Assembly: GCA_964016885.1 (NCBI GenBank)
Contig: OZ024744.1
Coordinates: forward strand, 7,564,001-7,628,000
Source: Eledone cirrhosa
Taxonomy: Eukaryota
Direction of reading: 5' to 3'
Length of the DNA stretch: 64,000 nucleotides
Of this stretch, positions 1 to 14,093 are shown piece after piece. The position numbers and the translations under genes are program-made. The notes under the pieces were generated by a model. The model ran no database searches. It had not been told where the DNA came from and saw only the letters and a program-made list of their open reading frames with translations. The stretch's first letter is position 1. Each line of letters opens with the position of its first letter.

Positions 1-2154
<2,154 letters not shown>

Positions 2155-2189
2155 TATATATACATATACATACACACATATATGTATAC

Positions 2190-2790
2190 ATGAATGTTAT
2201 CTTCGTTGGGCACGTGGACGTGATTCAGTGTGAAATCATTGGGTAAGATGGTAGTACATTGACTAAACCAGCAACCCCACCAAGTTTACTTGGTGAGGTG
2301 GGTGATTTTGAACACCCTGCAGGACAAAGGGCGGAAGAACTCATAAGAGTCGACGGCCATCCAAAAGTGTGTAAATATGTATAAACACATGTACATATGT
2401 ATGTATATGTATACATACACATGTACATGTGTATGTATATTTGCTGGGACATAGAAATAGTCGGGCCGGACACCCAATCGCGCAGTTAAACCACTAGGAG
2501 TGAAGGACCCCTAGCCTTTGTCAGGGCATTCTTCTAGGAGAAGGCAACTCAGGAAACTGGGATAACTCCGATATAAAACCTGCAGCTCTGTAGTTACCGA
2601 TGATGTTGATCTTTTCTTCTTTTCGGGTTATAGCTACTGTCGCTCAGAGAGTGGGATTGGCTCAGTGCACAGTCTTTCCTCACTTTAAAAAGTATCTTCA
2701 CGCACAGGCACTGCACGATAGTATTAATTAATAATTATTAATAATGGTATATCGTGCAATGGCCATACTCAATAACGAGGGGGCAGCCAT
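2190..2790 (+). mobile_element. RTE-LINE-related 5' UTR repeat (homologue on minus strand at ~28690-29230)
   Basis: 2264-2363 matches the reverse complement of 29041-29160; ctaggagaaggcaactc...ataaaacc resembles RTE 5' UTR motifs. Confidence 0.45.
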
Positions 2791-2792
2791 TT

Positions 2793-2868
<76 letters not shown>

Positions 2869-2958
2869 AAAGGTAAAGGTAAACAGAAATAACAACACAA
2901 TCGGTGCAGTATATGGAAGGTATACATTAGGTTAACGCTTGATATAACAGGAAGAAGG

Positions 2959-2994
2959 TCTTAACGTTTCGGACGCTAGTCCTTCATCAGAAGA
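2959..2994 (-). ncRNA. Minimal type I hammerhead ribozyme
   Basis: Minus strand TCTT-CTGATGA-A-GGAC-tagc-GTCC-GAAA-CG-TT-AAGA; palindromic AACGTT stem III, typical of dimeric PLE hammerheads. Confidence 0.85.
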
Positions 2995-3220
2995 AAGAAT
3001 GAGAAATAAGATAGATTGAGGGACGGGCGGGATGGAATTGGAAAAAATGTCTTTAGATAAAAATAACAAGTCCATTCATGTTGACATCTCTTGCAAAACT
3101 ATTGGTGCTGGCGTCTTGTGTATGATTTATACTTTAGAAAAGTGGATGATGGCGCGCGTCTACCTGAAATGGAAAAAAAAACGTTTTGTAAAAAGAGCTA
3201 TACTTGGGCACGTGCGTAAG

Positions 3221-3289
<69 letters not shown>

Positions 3290-3312
3290 ATAGGTCCCTA
3301 CAAAGCTAAGAA

Positions 3313-3434
3313 AAAATGTGTTTTATGAATTTTGACATAACCAAGTAAAGATACTTTAACGGTTCAATACAAGGATAATTTCAACCGTTAAGGTATCTTT
3401 TCTTGGTATGTCAAAATTTATAAAACAGAACTTT
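3313..3434. repeat. Short fold-back (~50-bp arms); one arm recurs at 37531-37580
   Basis: gttttatgaattttgacataaccaagtaaagatactttaacggtt pairs with aaccgttaaggtatcttttcttggtatgtcaaaatttataaaac. Confidence 0.7.
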
Positions 3435-4060
3435 TGTATCGTGGCGGCACCCTTAGAGATAGTATTAGTATTCTTTTTCGGGATTCTGAATTATTATTTC
3501 GTATTAGTTTACTTTTTGCACTGGTTGGTTGCTGGCTTTGTGCCTGGGTAGAAACCTTTATTTATTATTTCGTGGTAGTTTCTTTAGTATTTTGGCCCTT
3601 CACTTGTTGACCCGTCACCGTAAGATAAACTCGGTTTATTACTTATACCTCTTAAAGGGGTCTCATTATAATTCCGTCCCACCTAGTAAACCTTTCTTTA
3701 GCCTGGCAGTACCAGTGAGAGACTTAGGTCGTAGTAACCAGAAATTGTTTATTTATTTTTTTTTACATTTAATTGCTTTTTAACACTCGGTATTTTTCTA
3801 TTTATATACCCCATATTGTTTTACTAATTGTTTCGACGTCCTCCCCCTCCTCTTCCCTAGTATCTTCTTTGACCTCATGCCCAGCTGTAGTCGGCACTAT
3901 CAACGCATGACTGGGTCTCCTCCACCCCTTCTCCCTCTTTCTTCTACTGGCAGGTTCAGCTACCCCTTCCCTCCACTAATTGCCATCATAGAATTATTAT
4001 GTCTCAACAACAAACTTTTGACCAATCCTCGTGACAATCACTTTTACCATATATGAAATT

Positions 4061-4156
4061 ACCCCTTGAGAAGCTCGGCTATTCAAATACCAGGATAAAA
4101 ATCTTCATTTAGTCCAGAATTAGCCGTCGAAACGGCTTGAGCTCAGCCGTCGGGGT
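4061..4156 (+). ncRNA. Hammerhead ribozyme variant (family C): U3-A8 core, long stem II
   Basis: ACCCC-TTGAGAA-G(C/A)TCGGCTA...TAGCCGTC-GAAA-CGGCT-tgagctc-AGCCG-TC-GGGGT; GUC triplet; second full copy at 36863-36956 (minus). Confidence 0.75.
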
Positions 4157-4166
4157 CCTACTCATT

Positions 4167-4304
<138 letters not shown>

Positions 4305-5001
4305 CATATATATATATACAAGTGGAAGTTTAGAAAAATCGAAGTTTTAGCTGTGGCCAAGCCAACGATATACAATTATGAATGTGCAGCAAAACACTCG
4401 ATAAGGTTGTAGGCCTTAGAGTCATAACATAGGTTTAGACAGCTTGACAAATTTATATATATATATATATATAGCAATATATGTATATCTGTAAATATGA
4501 ATATAATATAATTAAAATGTCATACACTTAATATATATGCGCAACCTTGGTTGCGAGGATCCAATTACGGCTACCACTGAATAAAGGAGGAGCCGTTTCA
4601 ATACTGGTCTCTCATTGGGTACCAGGACGAGAAAAAAAACTGTTACCCCACTAAATTTCGTTCTAATCCAGTGGACATCCCTTTTCGAGAAGAAGGGAGA
4701 AAATTCCCGAGTTTTGAATTTCTCATGTCTATAAACTTCGAAACATTATTCTTAAGTCTGAAGCCGAGTATCATTCGGTTTCCTAAATAGAATATTAGTC
4801 TATGACTTCATTTATACCATGAACGAAGTTTTGTCTTTGCGTTTATTTGTTCTCTCGCTCCACATAACGACGTAGTTTCTTCGCTTTTTTCCGTTCTTTG
4901 CCAGGGAACGACTTCACGAACCAAAGTATCGTCTTTCTGTTTTCCTTCGGTTGTAACGTTTTTCTAAATATTTACTTCTGCGTTCACAGCTTGATATTTT
5001 T

Positions 5002-5052
5002 AGTTTCAGAAGATCCCGTTAAGGGTGAAAGCAGCGGTTCTTTGTTTAAATT
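5002..5052 (+). ncRNA. Hammerhead-like motif (family G) with CAGAAGA core
   Basis: AGTTT-CAGAAGA-TCCC-gttaa-GGGT-GAAA-GCA...TGC-TT-AAACT (consensus of copies at 5002, 5297 minus and 47285). Confidence 0.55.
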
Positions 5053-5159
5053 TTAATCTGTTGTTTTAATAAATATTTGCTCTAGGGTTCTTATATATTT
5101 GATATATATTTATCTTTATCGAGCTCTCTTTGGATTTTAGTCTTCAAATTTATTATTAT

Positions 5160-5227
<68 letters not shown>

Positions 5228-5240
5228 ATAATAATAAATT

Positions 5241-5275
<35 letters not shown>

Positions 5276-5280
<5 letters not shown>

Positions 5281-5490
5281 TAACCGATTAAAGTTTAAGC
5301 AAAGAATCGCTGCTTTCACCCTTAACGGGATCTTCTGATCCTATTAAGGGTCAAAGCAGCGATTCTTTGCTTAAACTTTAATCTGTTATTTTAATAAGTA
5401 TTTGCTCAAGGGTCCTTATATATTTGATATATATTTATTCTTATCGAGCCCCCTTTGAATTTTAGTCTTCACATTTATTATTATTACTAT
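5276..5490. mobile_element. Family-G pLTR fold-back in (TA)n
   Basis: Inverted arm 5276-5339 and direct arm 5344-5490, both homologous to 5007-5164. Confidence 0.75.
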
Positions 5491-5760
5491 ATGTATATAT
5501 AGTGAAAGAGTGAAGAATAACATGGCCGGCTGTACAAAAAAGTGTTATTTACAATATTAACAATTGTTTCATTGATCAGGTGAGTCTAAAAGTCGCTGAT
5601 CACTCAAAATTGCGTCACTCGACCTTAAGGAAACCTCTTGTTGAGTCAAACTACGCCGTACGTTAAAACTATCCATAGTACAGAGTACTCACAACCTCTA
5701 ACTGGATTATCTAAAACGATAACTTGTTATGCCATACATATATATATATATATATATATG

Positions 5761-6099
<339 letters not shown>

Positions 6100-6267
6100 T
6101 ATGGTTATACCGGGTTCAATCGGGGTTAACCACAGTAAATAAGATACTCAATACATAGCAGAGTATAAATATTTAATGTAGAAATGGCTTCTACAGGACT
6201 AGAACTGTTTCATTTTTCCCAAATGAAACAGTACTAGTCCTCTCACTCTTAGTACGGCTGTTATTTA

Positions 6268-6842
6268 AATATAAGTATGTATACGTACATACATATATGT
6301 ATACAGACGTACAGTAGTATGTATATATACATACATGCACACATATATATATATGTACGTATGGATTTACCGAACATTTATTATAATGTCCGGTTTGTGT
6401 GTAAACAAAAAGCGCGAATTAAGCCGTACAGTGTTCAGCAACCATCGTTGCCCTTTTGTTCAACACTGACAAAGGAACTATGAACTATTTCTAGCTTATT
6501 AGCTGTCATCAGCACCGTATACCTTCCCGTCAGTCGATTGCGCGTTTGAAAGTATATACTTTCCTTTGCTCAATCGACTGACAGGAAGGTATACGGTGCT
6601 GATGACAGCTAATAAGCTAGACACTGGTTCATTGTTCCTTTGTCAGTGTTGAACAAAAGGGCAACGATGGTTGCCGAACACTGTACGGCTTAATTCGGGC
6701 TTTTTGTTTACAAACAAACCGGACATTATAATAAATCTTCGGTAAATCCATACGTACATATATATATATGTGTGCATGTATGTATGTATATACATACTAC
6801 TGTACGTCTGTATACATATATGTGTGTACGTATACATACTTA

Positions 6843-6847
<5 letters not shown>
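6268..6847. mobile_element. ~580-bp palindromic insertion (family-F pLTR arms) with decayed hammerheads at 6477-6518 (-) and 6593-6635 (+)
   Basis: Arms 6268-6540 and 6571-6847 are reverse complements. Consensus ACGGTG-CTGATGA-CAGCT-aata-AGCTA-GAAA-CTAG-TT-CATTGT; homologue at 38461-38650. Confidence 0.8.
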
Positions 6848-6896
<49 letters not shown>

Positions 6897-7339
6897 TTGG
6901 TATTTATTTTTTCGATTTCTGTTTGCGCCAACCGCCAATTCGTGAGATGTAAACGAACAGTACTGCGCGTTAAGAGGTGTAAAGGGAAAACACATACACG
7001 TATTCTGATGCAATGTCAGCTCATTACAAGTTCTGACCCACGTTTAGGTTTTAGCTACTCGATTTGAACTGAGCTCTTCCAACCAGTGCTGGAAACAATA
7101 ACTATTTTTAGTCGACTGTGGTCATGGTAAAACTTGGCAGTCTGGAACAACTGAAGAGGAATTGCATTCCTTTCTGCACCAGAAAAAAACTCTTCTACAT
7201 TGCGCTATGGATCAGGATCCGATAGAAAATGAATGAATACTCCCAAAGCAGCAAGAAGGGTTCTATTTATACACTGAACCTTTTGTTTCACACTGACAAA
7301 CATCATGACGAATATCCAGAGTTCCAACAGGTCCCGACA

Positions 7340-7600
7340 GTAAACTCAGTAGATTTCAAGAAGTCTATTGACAGCATTTATCGGAAATCTCAGTAGAATA
7401 TCGCGAAAGTCTCTGATATTACCGAACATATTTCTATGAACCAGAGACTTTATGAGAAATCTGGCTGCTTGGTCAAAAGAGATTTTGTTGATACTAACGA
7501 ATTTAACAGCTTCATTGGTGTTTGCCAGCACTGCATTGTCATCCATTCTATTCCTATTAGCAGTTGACTTTGAAATGAAGAAGATTACGAATGATGACAC
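7340..7600 (+). pseudogene. RTE-clade LINE RT fragment
   Basis: Decayed VDFKKSIDSI and GV.Q.C.LSSILFLLAVDFEMKK motifs. Confidence 0.6.
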
Positions 7601-7624
7601 TACAGAGTTGCTTAGATTTAGATT

Positions 7625-8090
7625 TAGAAGCTCTCTTGTCTCGAGACACATAAGGCAGTCAAAGGGCTCCAATGATCAAAGTCAATTGCATTTGTTGACG
7701 TCTTTCGGGTATCTTTCGATTGTCTGCCACCAGTTCATCTTGGGACGTCCACTTTCTATGGGGTACCAGTACAGGACCTGATTAGTATGCTTCTCACCTG
7801 GGAGTCGTGAGACGTGTACCAACCAGCCAAATTGACACTTGCAAATGATGTTAGACACACATTGTTGGTGGATTCGTTGATGGACATCTTTGTTGTTGAT
7901 GAGGTCATCTCATTTAGTGTCAGAAATGTTGCGTAGGTATTTTTATATAAAGCATCTAATTAGTTCTCTTGTCTGGTATCACAGTGTCAGCGTTTCGGAC
8001 CCACACTGTAATGTTGAAAGCACATTGCTGTTGTAAAATCTAATCTTGGTACTAGGATTGCAGGATCGGATTAAAATGTAGGAAATTGAA
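7625..8090 (-). pseudogene. RTE-clade LINE 3' fragment
   Basis: TKIRFYNSNVLSTLQCGSETLTL resembles the RTE motif TKIRIFNSNV.SVLLYGSETWTL; downstream GRPKMNW. Confidence 0.7.
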
Positions 8091-8279
8091 AGGCTTTGTG
8101 ACAGGAATTTTGCTGATTCTATGGCACACCTGATAGAAATATGAATTGTTTTGTAAAACCACCACCAATCTAAAAGAATAATCTTAGAATTAGCTTTGGA
8201 AAGACGAAAGCTATGCAAATAAATCCTACAACTCAAATCTTCATCAGATTGTAAAAGAAGAGGATAATTTCTGCCACAT

Positions 8280-8612
8280 ACTGTGATATTCTCTCATCTC
8301 CATCAGCACCTGCTCCACCCGCCCGTCCCGAAAGAGCGTGCGGACATTCCAGGTGCCAACTCTTGTGTTTGATTTAGCGTTGAAGATAGGACTTATCCGC
8401 GGTCGGGCCTCCTTTCGGCTTTGACCCGGCCCCATCATAGGTGCATCCAGGGATGACGTGTCTTCTCTTGTCCGCCGCTGGGTATCAAAATGGTTTTTTC
8501 TCGTCGTTTCTGTAGCGGTGAAAGGTTTTTACGGGGATAGGGCTGCTAACCCCACGCCCCAACCCTCCTCCTTTCTCAACCGGGCTTGTCTTAGTGTTGT
8601 TAAGACTAAGAC
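8280..8612 (-). pseudogene. RTE-clade LINE 5' end (5' UTR and start of APE endonuclease)
   Basis: TRVGTWNVRTLFRDGRVEQVLMEMREY; UTR ggagggttggggcgtgggttagcagccctatccccgtaaaa. Confidence 0.8.
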
Positions 8613-9297
8613 TGTGATCAGTGCCAATGGAAACATTCGAAATTGATGGGAAAAACAGAATTGGTAAGGTCGGAGCCATATTCTAGCGCATGCACCAAAT
8701 CTAGACAACAACACCAAGTATTGGCACTAAAAGTCTATATAGCAATAATGTTATGGCAGTGAAATATGGAAATTGAAGCCAATGTAGCTATTGATGGTCA
8801 TCTTGAAAGACAAAGTCAGAAACGAAGTGAGTCTTTTGTGAAGCATGCCCCAGCCACTGCAAGATACCGTATTACTGAACATTCCACGTGGCTCTCAGAT
8901 ACGCATTAATTAGTTGAACAGGTGCGGAGAGAATCGCCACAGATCGACCATGATGGCCGAAACCTGCTGCTTTAAGCACCGGAAGTTACGGACAGGGCTT
9001 AGACTTAAGAGCTAAGAAGTATGAGCTAAATGGTAAGAACTAAGAGGTAAGGATTAAGAGATAGGAACTAAGTGTTGGAAGGTAAGAAGAGCTAAGATGT
9101 TGATTTAGAAGTTAGTCCTCACCGGAGTATTTTCTGTCCTTTCATCATACAGTCTAGCTCTCGCTCTATATATATCCATATCTGTTTGATCATGTCTCTC
9201 TTTTTAACTATCATTCTATCTCTCACTCAATCTCCCTCCCTCTCGTTCTTTCTCTTGCCTTCTCTCTCTCTCTCTCTCTCTCTCTCGCTCGCTCTCG

Positions 9298-9360
<63 letters not shown>

Positions 9361-9472
9361 GTGTATATATATAATGTGTATATATATAAGTTTATCCCGG
9401 GTTCAATCGGGGGTAAGGACAGTATGTAAGGTACTCAATACAAAGCAGAGTATACATATTAAATATAGAAAG

Positions 9473-9527
9473 GCTTCTACAGGACTAAAACTGTTTCATT
9501 CGGGTTCGGGAGAAATCATCAGGAAGC
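9473..9527 (-). ncRNA. Type I hammerhead ribozyme (family D)
   Basis: GCTTC-CTGATGA-TTTC...GAAT-GAAA-CAG...CTG-TA-GAAGC; stem I covaries (AGATTC/GAATCT) in the copy at 12040-12090. Confidence 0.8.
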
Positions 9528-9755
9528 TGACTGTCCAAGTAATGTTGTGGTATTTATATCTTTTCTGGTGGTAGGAGAGGGTGGTGGTTGTGATAGGTGG
9601 ATGTCATTGGTTGATGGGTTTACAGAAAAGGGAATTCTTTAAAAACTATATTTAGAGAAACAAAGGCAGAAAGAATTCTATAGACAAGTTCACACCGGGG
9701 TGCCATTTCTATATTAAATATATATATATTTGGATTTAATGCTCTGAAATAGCGA

Positions 9756-10282
9756 TATATATGTGAAGACAAACATAGAATATTCGAAAATATTCTGTAT
9801 GTTTATAATAAACATTTTGAAGACCCAATCGCTATAGAATAGAATACGTCACGTATTACAATTTGAGATTCTCGATAAAAGCAAGGGAAGTAATCTACGC
9901 CTTTCATTCGTGTTAGAAATCATCAGGATTACATATCCAATGCTTTTATCGAGAACGACACAGCTAGAGACTTATAGAATACTTAGCTGTGTACAAATTC
10001 TAATTTCTGCCGGACCGGCTACCGCTCTTTCAAACCAGTTCCTGTACACAGCTAAGTATTCTATAAGTCTCTAGCTGTGTCGTTCTCGATAAAAGCATTG
10101 GATATGTAATCCTGATGATTTCTAACAAGAATGAAACGCGTAGATTACTTCCCTTGCTTTTATCGAGAATCTCAAATTGTAATACGTGACGTATTCTATT
10201 CTATAGCGATTGGGTCTTCAAAATGTTTATTATAAACATACAGAATATTTTCGAATATTCTATGTTTGTCTTCATATATATA
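9756..10282. mobile_element. ~525-bp palindromic insertion (family-E pLTR arms)
   Basis: Arms 9756-9995 and 10043-10282 are almost perfect reverse complements around a ~47-nt spacer. Confidence 0.9.
10083..10169 (+). ncRNA. Type I hammerhead ribozyme with extended stem I (family E)
   Basis: TTCTCGATAAAAGCA..GTAATC-CTGATGA-TTTC...GAAT-GAAA-CGCG-TA-GATTAC..TGCTTTTATCGAGAA; stem III ACGCGT; GUA triplet. The mirror copy 9869-9955 has a stem III mutation. Confidence 0.9.
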
Positions 10283-10329
10283 TTTATTTATTTACTAATA
10301 AATATATAAGTGTATGTTTGTGTGTGTGT

Positions 10330-10390
<61 letters not shown>

Positions 10391-11357
10391 TGTGTGTGTG
10401 TGTGTGTGTGCGTGTGTGTGTGTGTTTGTGTGCGTATTTGTGTATGTATACATATGTGCGTGTGTACACGGCGGGTTCAGGGACAGCTTCCGACTACTAA
10501 ATTTCACTCACAAAAGACAACAAGGATTAACTGTGACATAGTAGAATACATTTACTGAATGTGTCACAAATTTCGGGAAAAAATATCGTGCAAATTTCGA
10601 AACCATTTGATGGTTGTAAATCGAACTTCTAAAGCAACAGGTCAATGTATTAAAAAGAACTAAAAGAGCATCCAGTAAAAAACAAGCAATATAAAATATC
10701 TGACGGAAAACAGAAAAAACAAAGTAGAGAAACTAAATTCTTGTTAATAATGACATCCACTCACATAAGTTGATGTTAAAAGAACATTTACATTTATTCA
10801 TTAAAGTAAGAATGTTGAGAAGAAATTGATCTGAATAGATACACGCTATAGTAAGTGTAACTAACTAAAATAAAGGTATAACTATGTTTTAACATTAACA
10901 GTCGGTTTCATGTATTGCAATCAGTTTCCACTCTGCTTAGAAAATCTTCCAGTCATGATAAATGACAAAGCTAATGGGTCGAAATACGACATTAATACAC
11001 CGTCTAACAATGAGTCAGTCAAAAGAAATTATCTTTATACATGAAAGGAAAAAGGTTTATAAATAGATATAGCGATGTGGTGATATGAACAAATGTTTCA
11101 ACCAACTTGACGGTCTCATTTATTCCAATTCAAAAGAGATAAACGGTAAAACACGATAGTCAAGACGTCATTGGCTAGATGGACGTGACATGACAACACA
11201 CAGACACGTCAAGAAGCACATACACACAGAGAAACACAGACACACGCACACACAGGCGCATGGACTTGCACACATATACACAAACACGCATTCACATATA
11301 CATGCACATAGAAGCACACACACACTACACACAAAAACACACGCACACACACATATA

Positions 11358-11965
11358 TACTAGCCGAATTACCCGCGCCTTGCTGCGTTTCACACATTTC
11401 TTTTTGTAAGAAAATGATGATTGATTTTAAATCAGTGATATGATTTATGGAGAAAAACCCTGAATTTCAATGTAAAATGTAATGCATCAAAAATTGGCAA
11501 ACATAATTTTTTGTAATATCTTATTCTTATGTTGTTTCTTGTAAATAACTTTTTTCAAAATATAAATTCAAAACTTGATCATTTCATTTTTTGTTGATTT
11601 ACATTTAATAGAAAAACCCCGAGATAATAGAGGTTCCAATACTCAAGTTACGGGCTTCCAAAATTTTCACTATAGGGGGTTTAAGCCCCATTAGGGTGTC
11701 AATATTATTGAAATTTACTGAAATTTTGTGAATAGGCATCATATGTTGTCATTTACCTATGGTTTACATTTCATATAAATCGAAAGGAAAACATTATCAG
11801 CGGGGGTTTGTGCCCCCCGGGGAACCCTTTGATTAAAATGAAACATACTTATCCAAGTACCCTGGTGAATGTAGTTTCAGAATATATAAGGTTATGCGGG
11901 TCTATCTCCAAAACCATAGGAGGAGTTCGTGAACAAACAAATAAACAAACAGCAACTACAACTTT
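11358..11965 (-). mobile_element. Probable non-autonomous Helitron-type element
   Basis: Minus strand ends cgcagcaaggcgcgggtaattcggCTAGt (GC-rich hairpin then CTAG); 5' boundary uncertain. Confidence 0.45.
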
Positions 11966-11972
11966 CTATCTA

Positions 11973-12024
<52 letters not shown>

Positions 12025-12039
12025 GTTTTAATATAGATG

Positions 12040-12090
12040 AGATTCTACAGGACTAGAACTGTTTCATTCTTTAGAAATCATCAGGAATCT
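12040..12090 (-). ncRNA. Type I hammerhead ribozyme (family D)
   Basis: AGATTC-CTGATGA-TTTC-taaa-GAAT-GAAA-CAG-ttctagtc-CTG-TA-GAATCT. Confidence 0.8.
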
Positions 12091-12544
12091 GGCTGTCCAA
12101 AATAAATGTTGTGGTATTTATATCTTTTCAGGTGGTAGGAGAGGTGGGGAGTGGGATGGGTGGAGGTCATTGGTTGAAAGAAAAGGGAATTCATTAAAAG
12201 CTAATTCTTTAAGGCTATAATTTATATTTAGAGTGACAAAGGCAGAAAGAATTCTATAAACAAGTTCAAATTGGGGTGCCACTCCTTATTTTTAAGTTTC
12301 TCTTAAGCTAACAATGCCTATATTTCAGGTGCCTATAAGATGGTTGGGGGTGGGTCATGGTTGATGGATTTAAGGAAAAGGGAAATTCTTTAAAAGCTAA
12401 TTCTTTAAAGCTCTACTTAGAGTGACAAAGGCCAAGAGAATTCTATAAACCAGTTCAAATATTTGGTGCCTTTCATTATTGTCATGTTTCTCTTAAGCTA
12501 TATTTCAGGTGTCAACAGACACATTCACATACACACACCCCTCA

Positions 12545-12660
12545 TACAACATAGGTACTACACCATCTTTAATAAGAACACAATAAGACTCTCCTACTCC
12601 ACTACACCTAATCTAGCTAGGAATATAGCCAATCACAATTCTAAAAAATTAAATAAGCCT
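12545..12660 (+). pseudogene. Nematis-like PLE ORF fragment
   Basis: HRYYTIFNKNTIRLSYSTTPNLARNIANHNSK aligns with [32 protein letters not shown] of the intact ORF. Confidence 0.75.
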
Positions 12661-13325
12661 GATCATTGTTTTGGGGCGTCCGTATAGCTTTGGTCCATCC
12701 AATGCAACTTCCCATGGGAGTCTTTTTAGCCATTGAAGTTATGGTGGGGGGGGTCTACCTCTTATGGGTCTACTGGAGCAGAAACGTCTAAGTTCATGGC
12801 TGTCTAGGTAGTCACTGTCGTAGGTAAGTCTAAGTAGGAGGCCCAGTTCGTCTGTGTCGACGTCGCAGAACTCCACCTCACTGTCAATGATCATCTCCAC
12901 ACATTTTTCCACAGCAAAATCAATGTTAATGGATGGGTACTGTGATACCACATCCATGCTGCCTATTATGCAGTTGGATAGGTTCCTGTTTTTGTTGCAC
13001 TCAATGATTCTGCTGAGGAAGTCCTCTGTACTGTCACATACATCTGGGGGTCATCTTGATTATTGGGCGTATAACCATTGAGAGGAAGTAGGAGATCCTG
13101 TAGTTGCTAGCTATATTTGCTCCGCATACGGGTCTTGTTGGTGGTCCTGTTGTCGGGTCGTCGACTGTCTTGTGGTCTTTGCGGAGCCCATACAAGGGTG
13201 GTATGCCATTGTTAGACGCCTGGAAGTTGTTGGCAATGCGTCTGCTTGGCTTTAGGATGTCGGTCCACATCATCATGTGAGTGTTGAGGATGTTCTCTCT
13301 CCCATCATGTAGTTGCTGTGCAATT
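12661..13325 (-). pseudogene. RT fragment of a third, divergent PLE lineage
   Basis: PPLYGLRKDHK...GPPTRPVCGA, STEDFL and IGSMDVVSQYPSI (PLE RT motifs 1-A), with frameshifts. Confidence 0.75.
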
Positions 13326-13537
13326 TCGTTATATATATATATATATATATATATAATACAATAACAGAGATAGTTTAAAGCTAATCTCTGACTGGTAACC
13401 ATCTCACTCAACAAACATTAGGTTATATTTTAATATAAACCCAATTTAAGTGTTTGGGGTGCTAACAATATGTATTATGTGGAAAAGCCAGTTGTATTAT
13501 TTTATGAGATATAATTAAAGTTAAAATATATCTCTCT

Positions 13538-13662
13538 TTCCAAACAATTGTTTCATTATAAGTTTTCTACAAATTCGGAGAATATTTCCAGTTTATGTAG
13601 AAGCCTAATATACATTCATGTAAGAATATATTTAGGTGAGCGCTTATAAATCATCAGTGGAA
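13538..13662 (-). ncRNA. Type I hammerhead with an 80-nt branched insertion in stem II
   Basis: TTCCA-CTGATGA-TTTATAAG-[80 nt]-CTTATAAT-GAAA-CAATTG-TT-TGGAA. Confidence 0.75.
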
Positions 13663-13781
13663 GCCCAATAAACTTTGATATAAGAAAAACATTTCTTACC
13701 ACAGTTAAAAATCATGTCCGTTAAGTTGCTCCTTCCCGCATACACATATATATACATATATATATATATATACACATATAT

Positions 13782-13812
<31 letters not shown>

Positions 13813-13813
13813 A

Positions 13814-13846
<33 letters not shown>

Positions 13847-13871
13847 ACTATATATATATACATATATATAC

Positions 13872-14048
<177 letters not shown>

Positions 14049-14093
14049 GGAGGTGAGTTTTATTGTAGTACAATAAAGCAATGCAGATCATAT

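Noticed and set aside
14051-14058. AG|GTGAGT splice-donor match just upstream of the PLE ORF
   Set aside because: It lies in the antisense pLTR tip and is not conserved in the homologue at 28324 (AGATGAGT).
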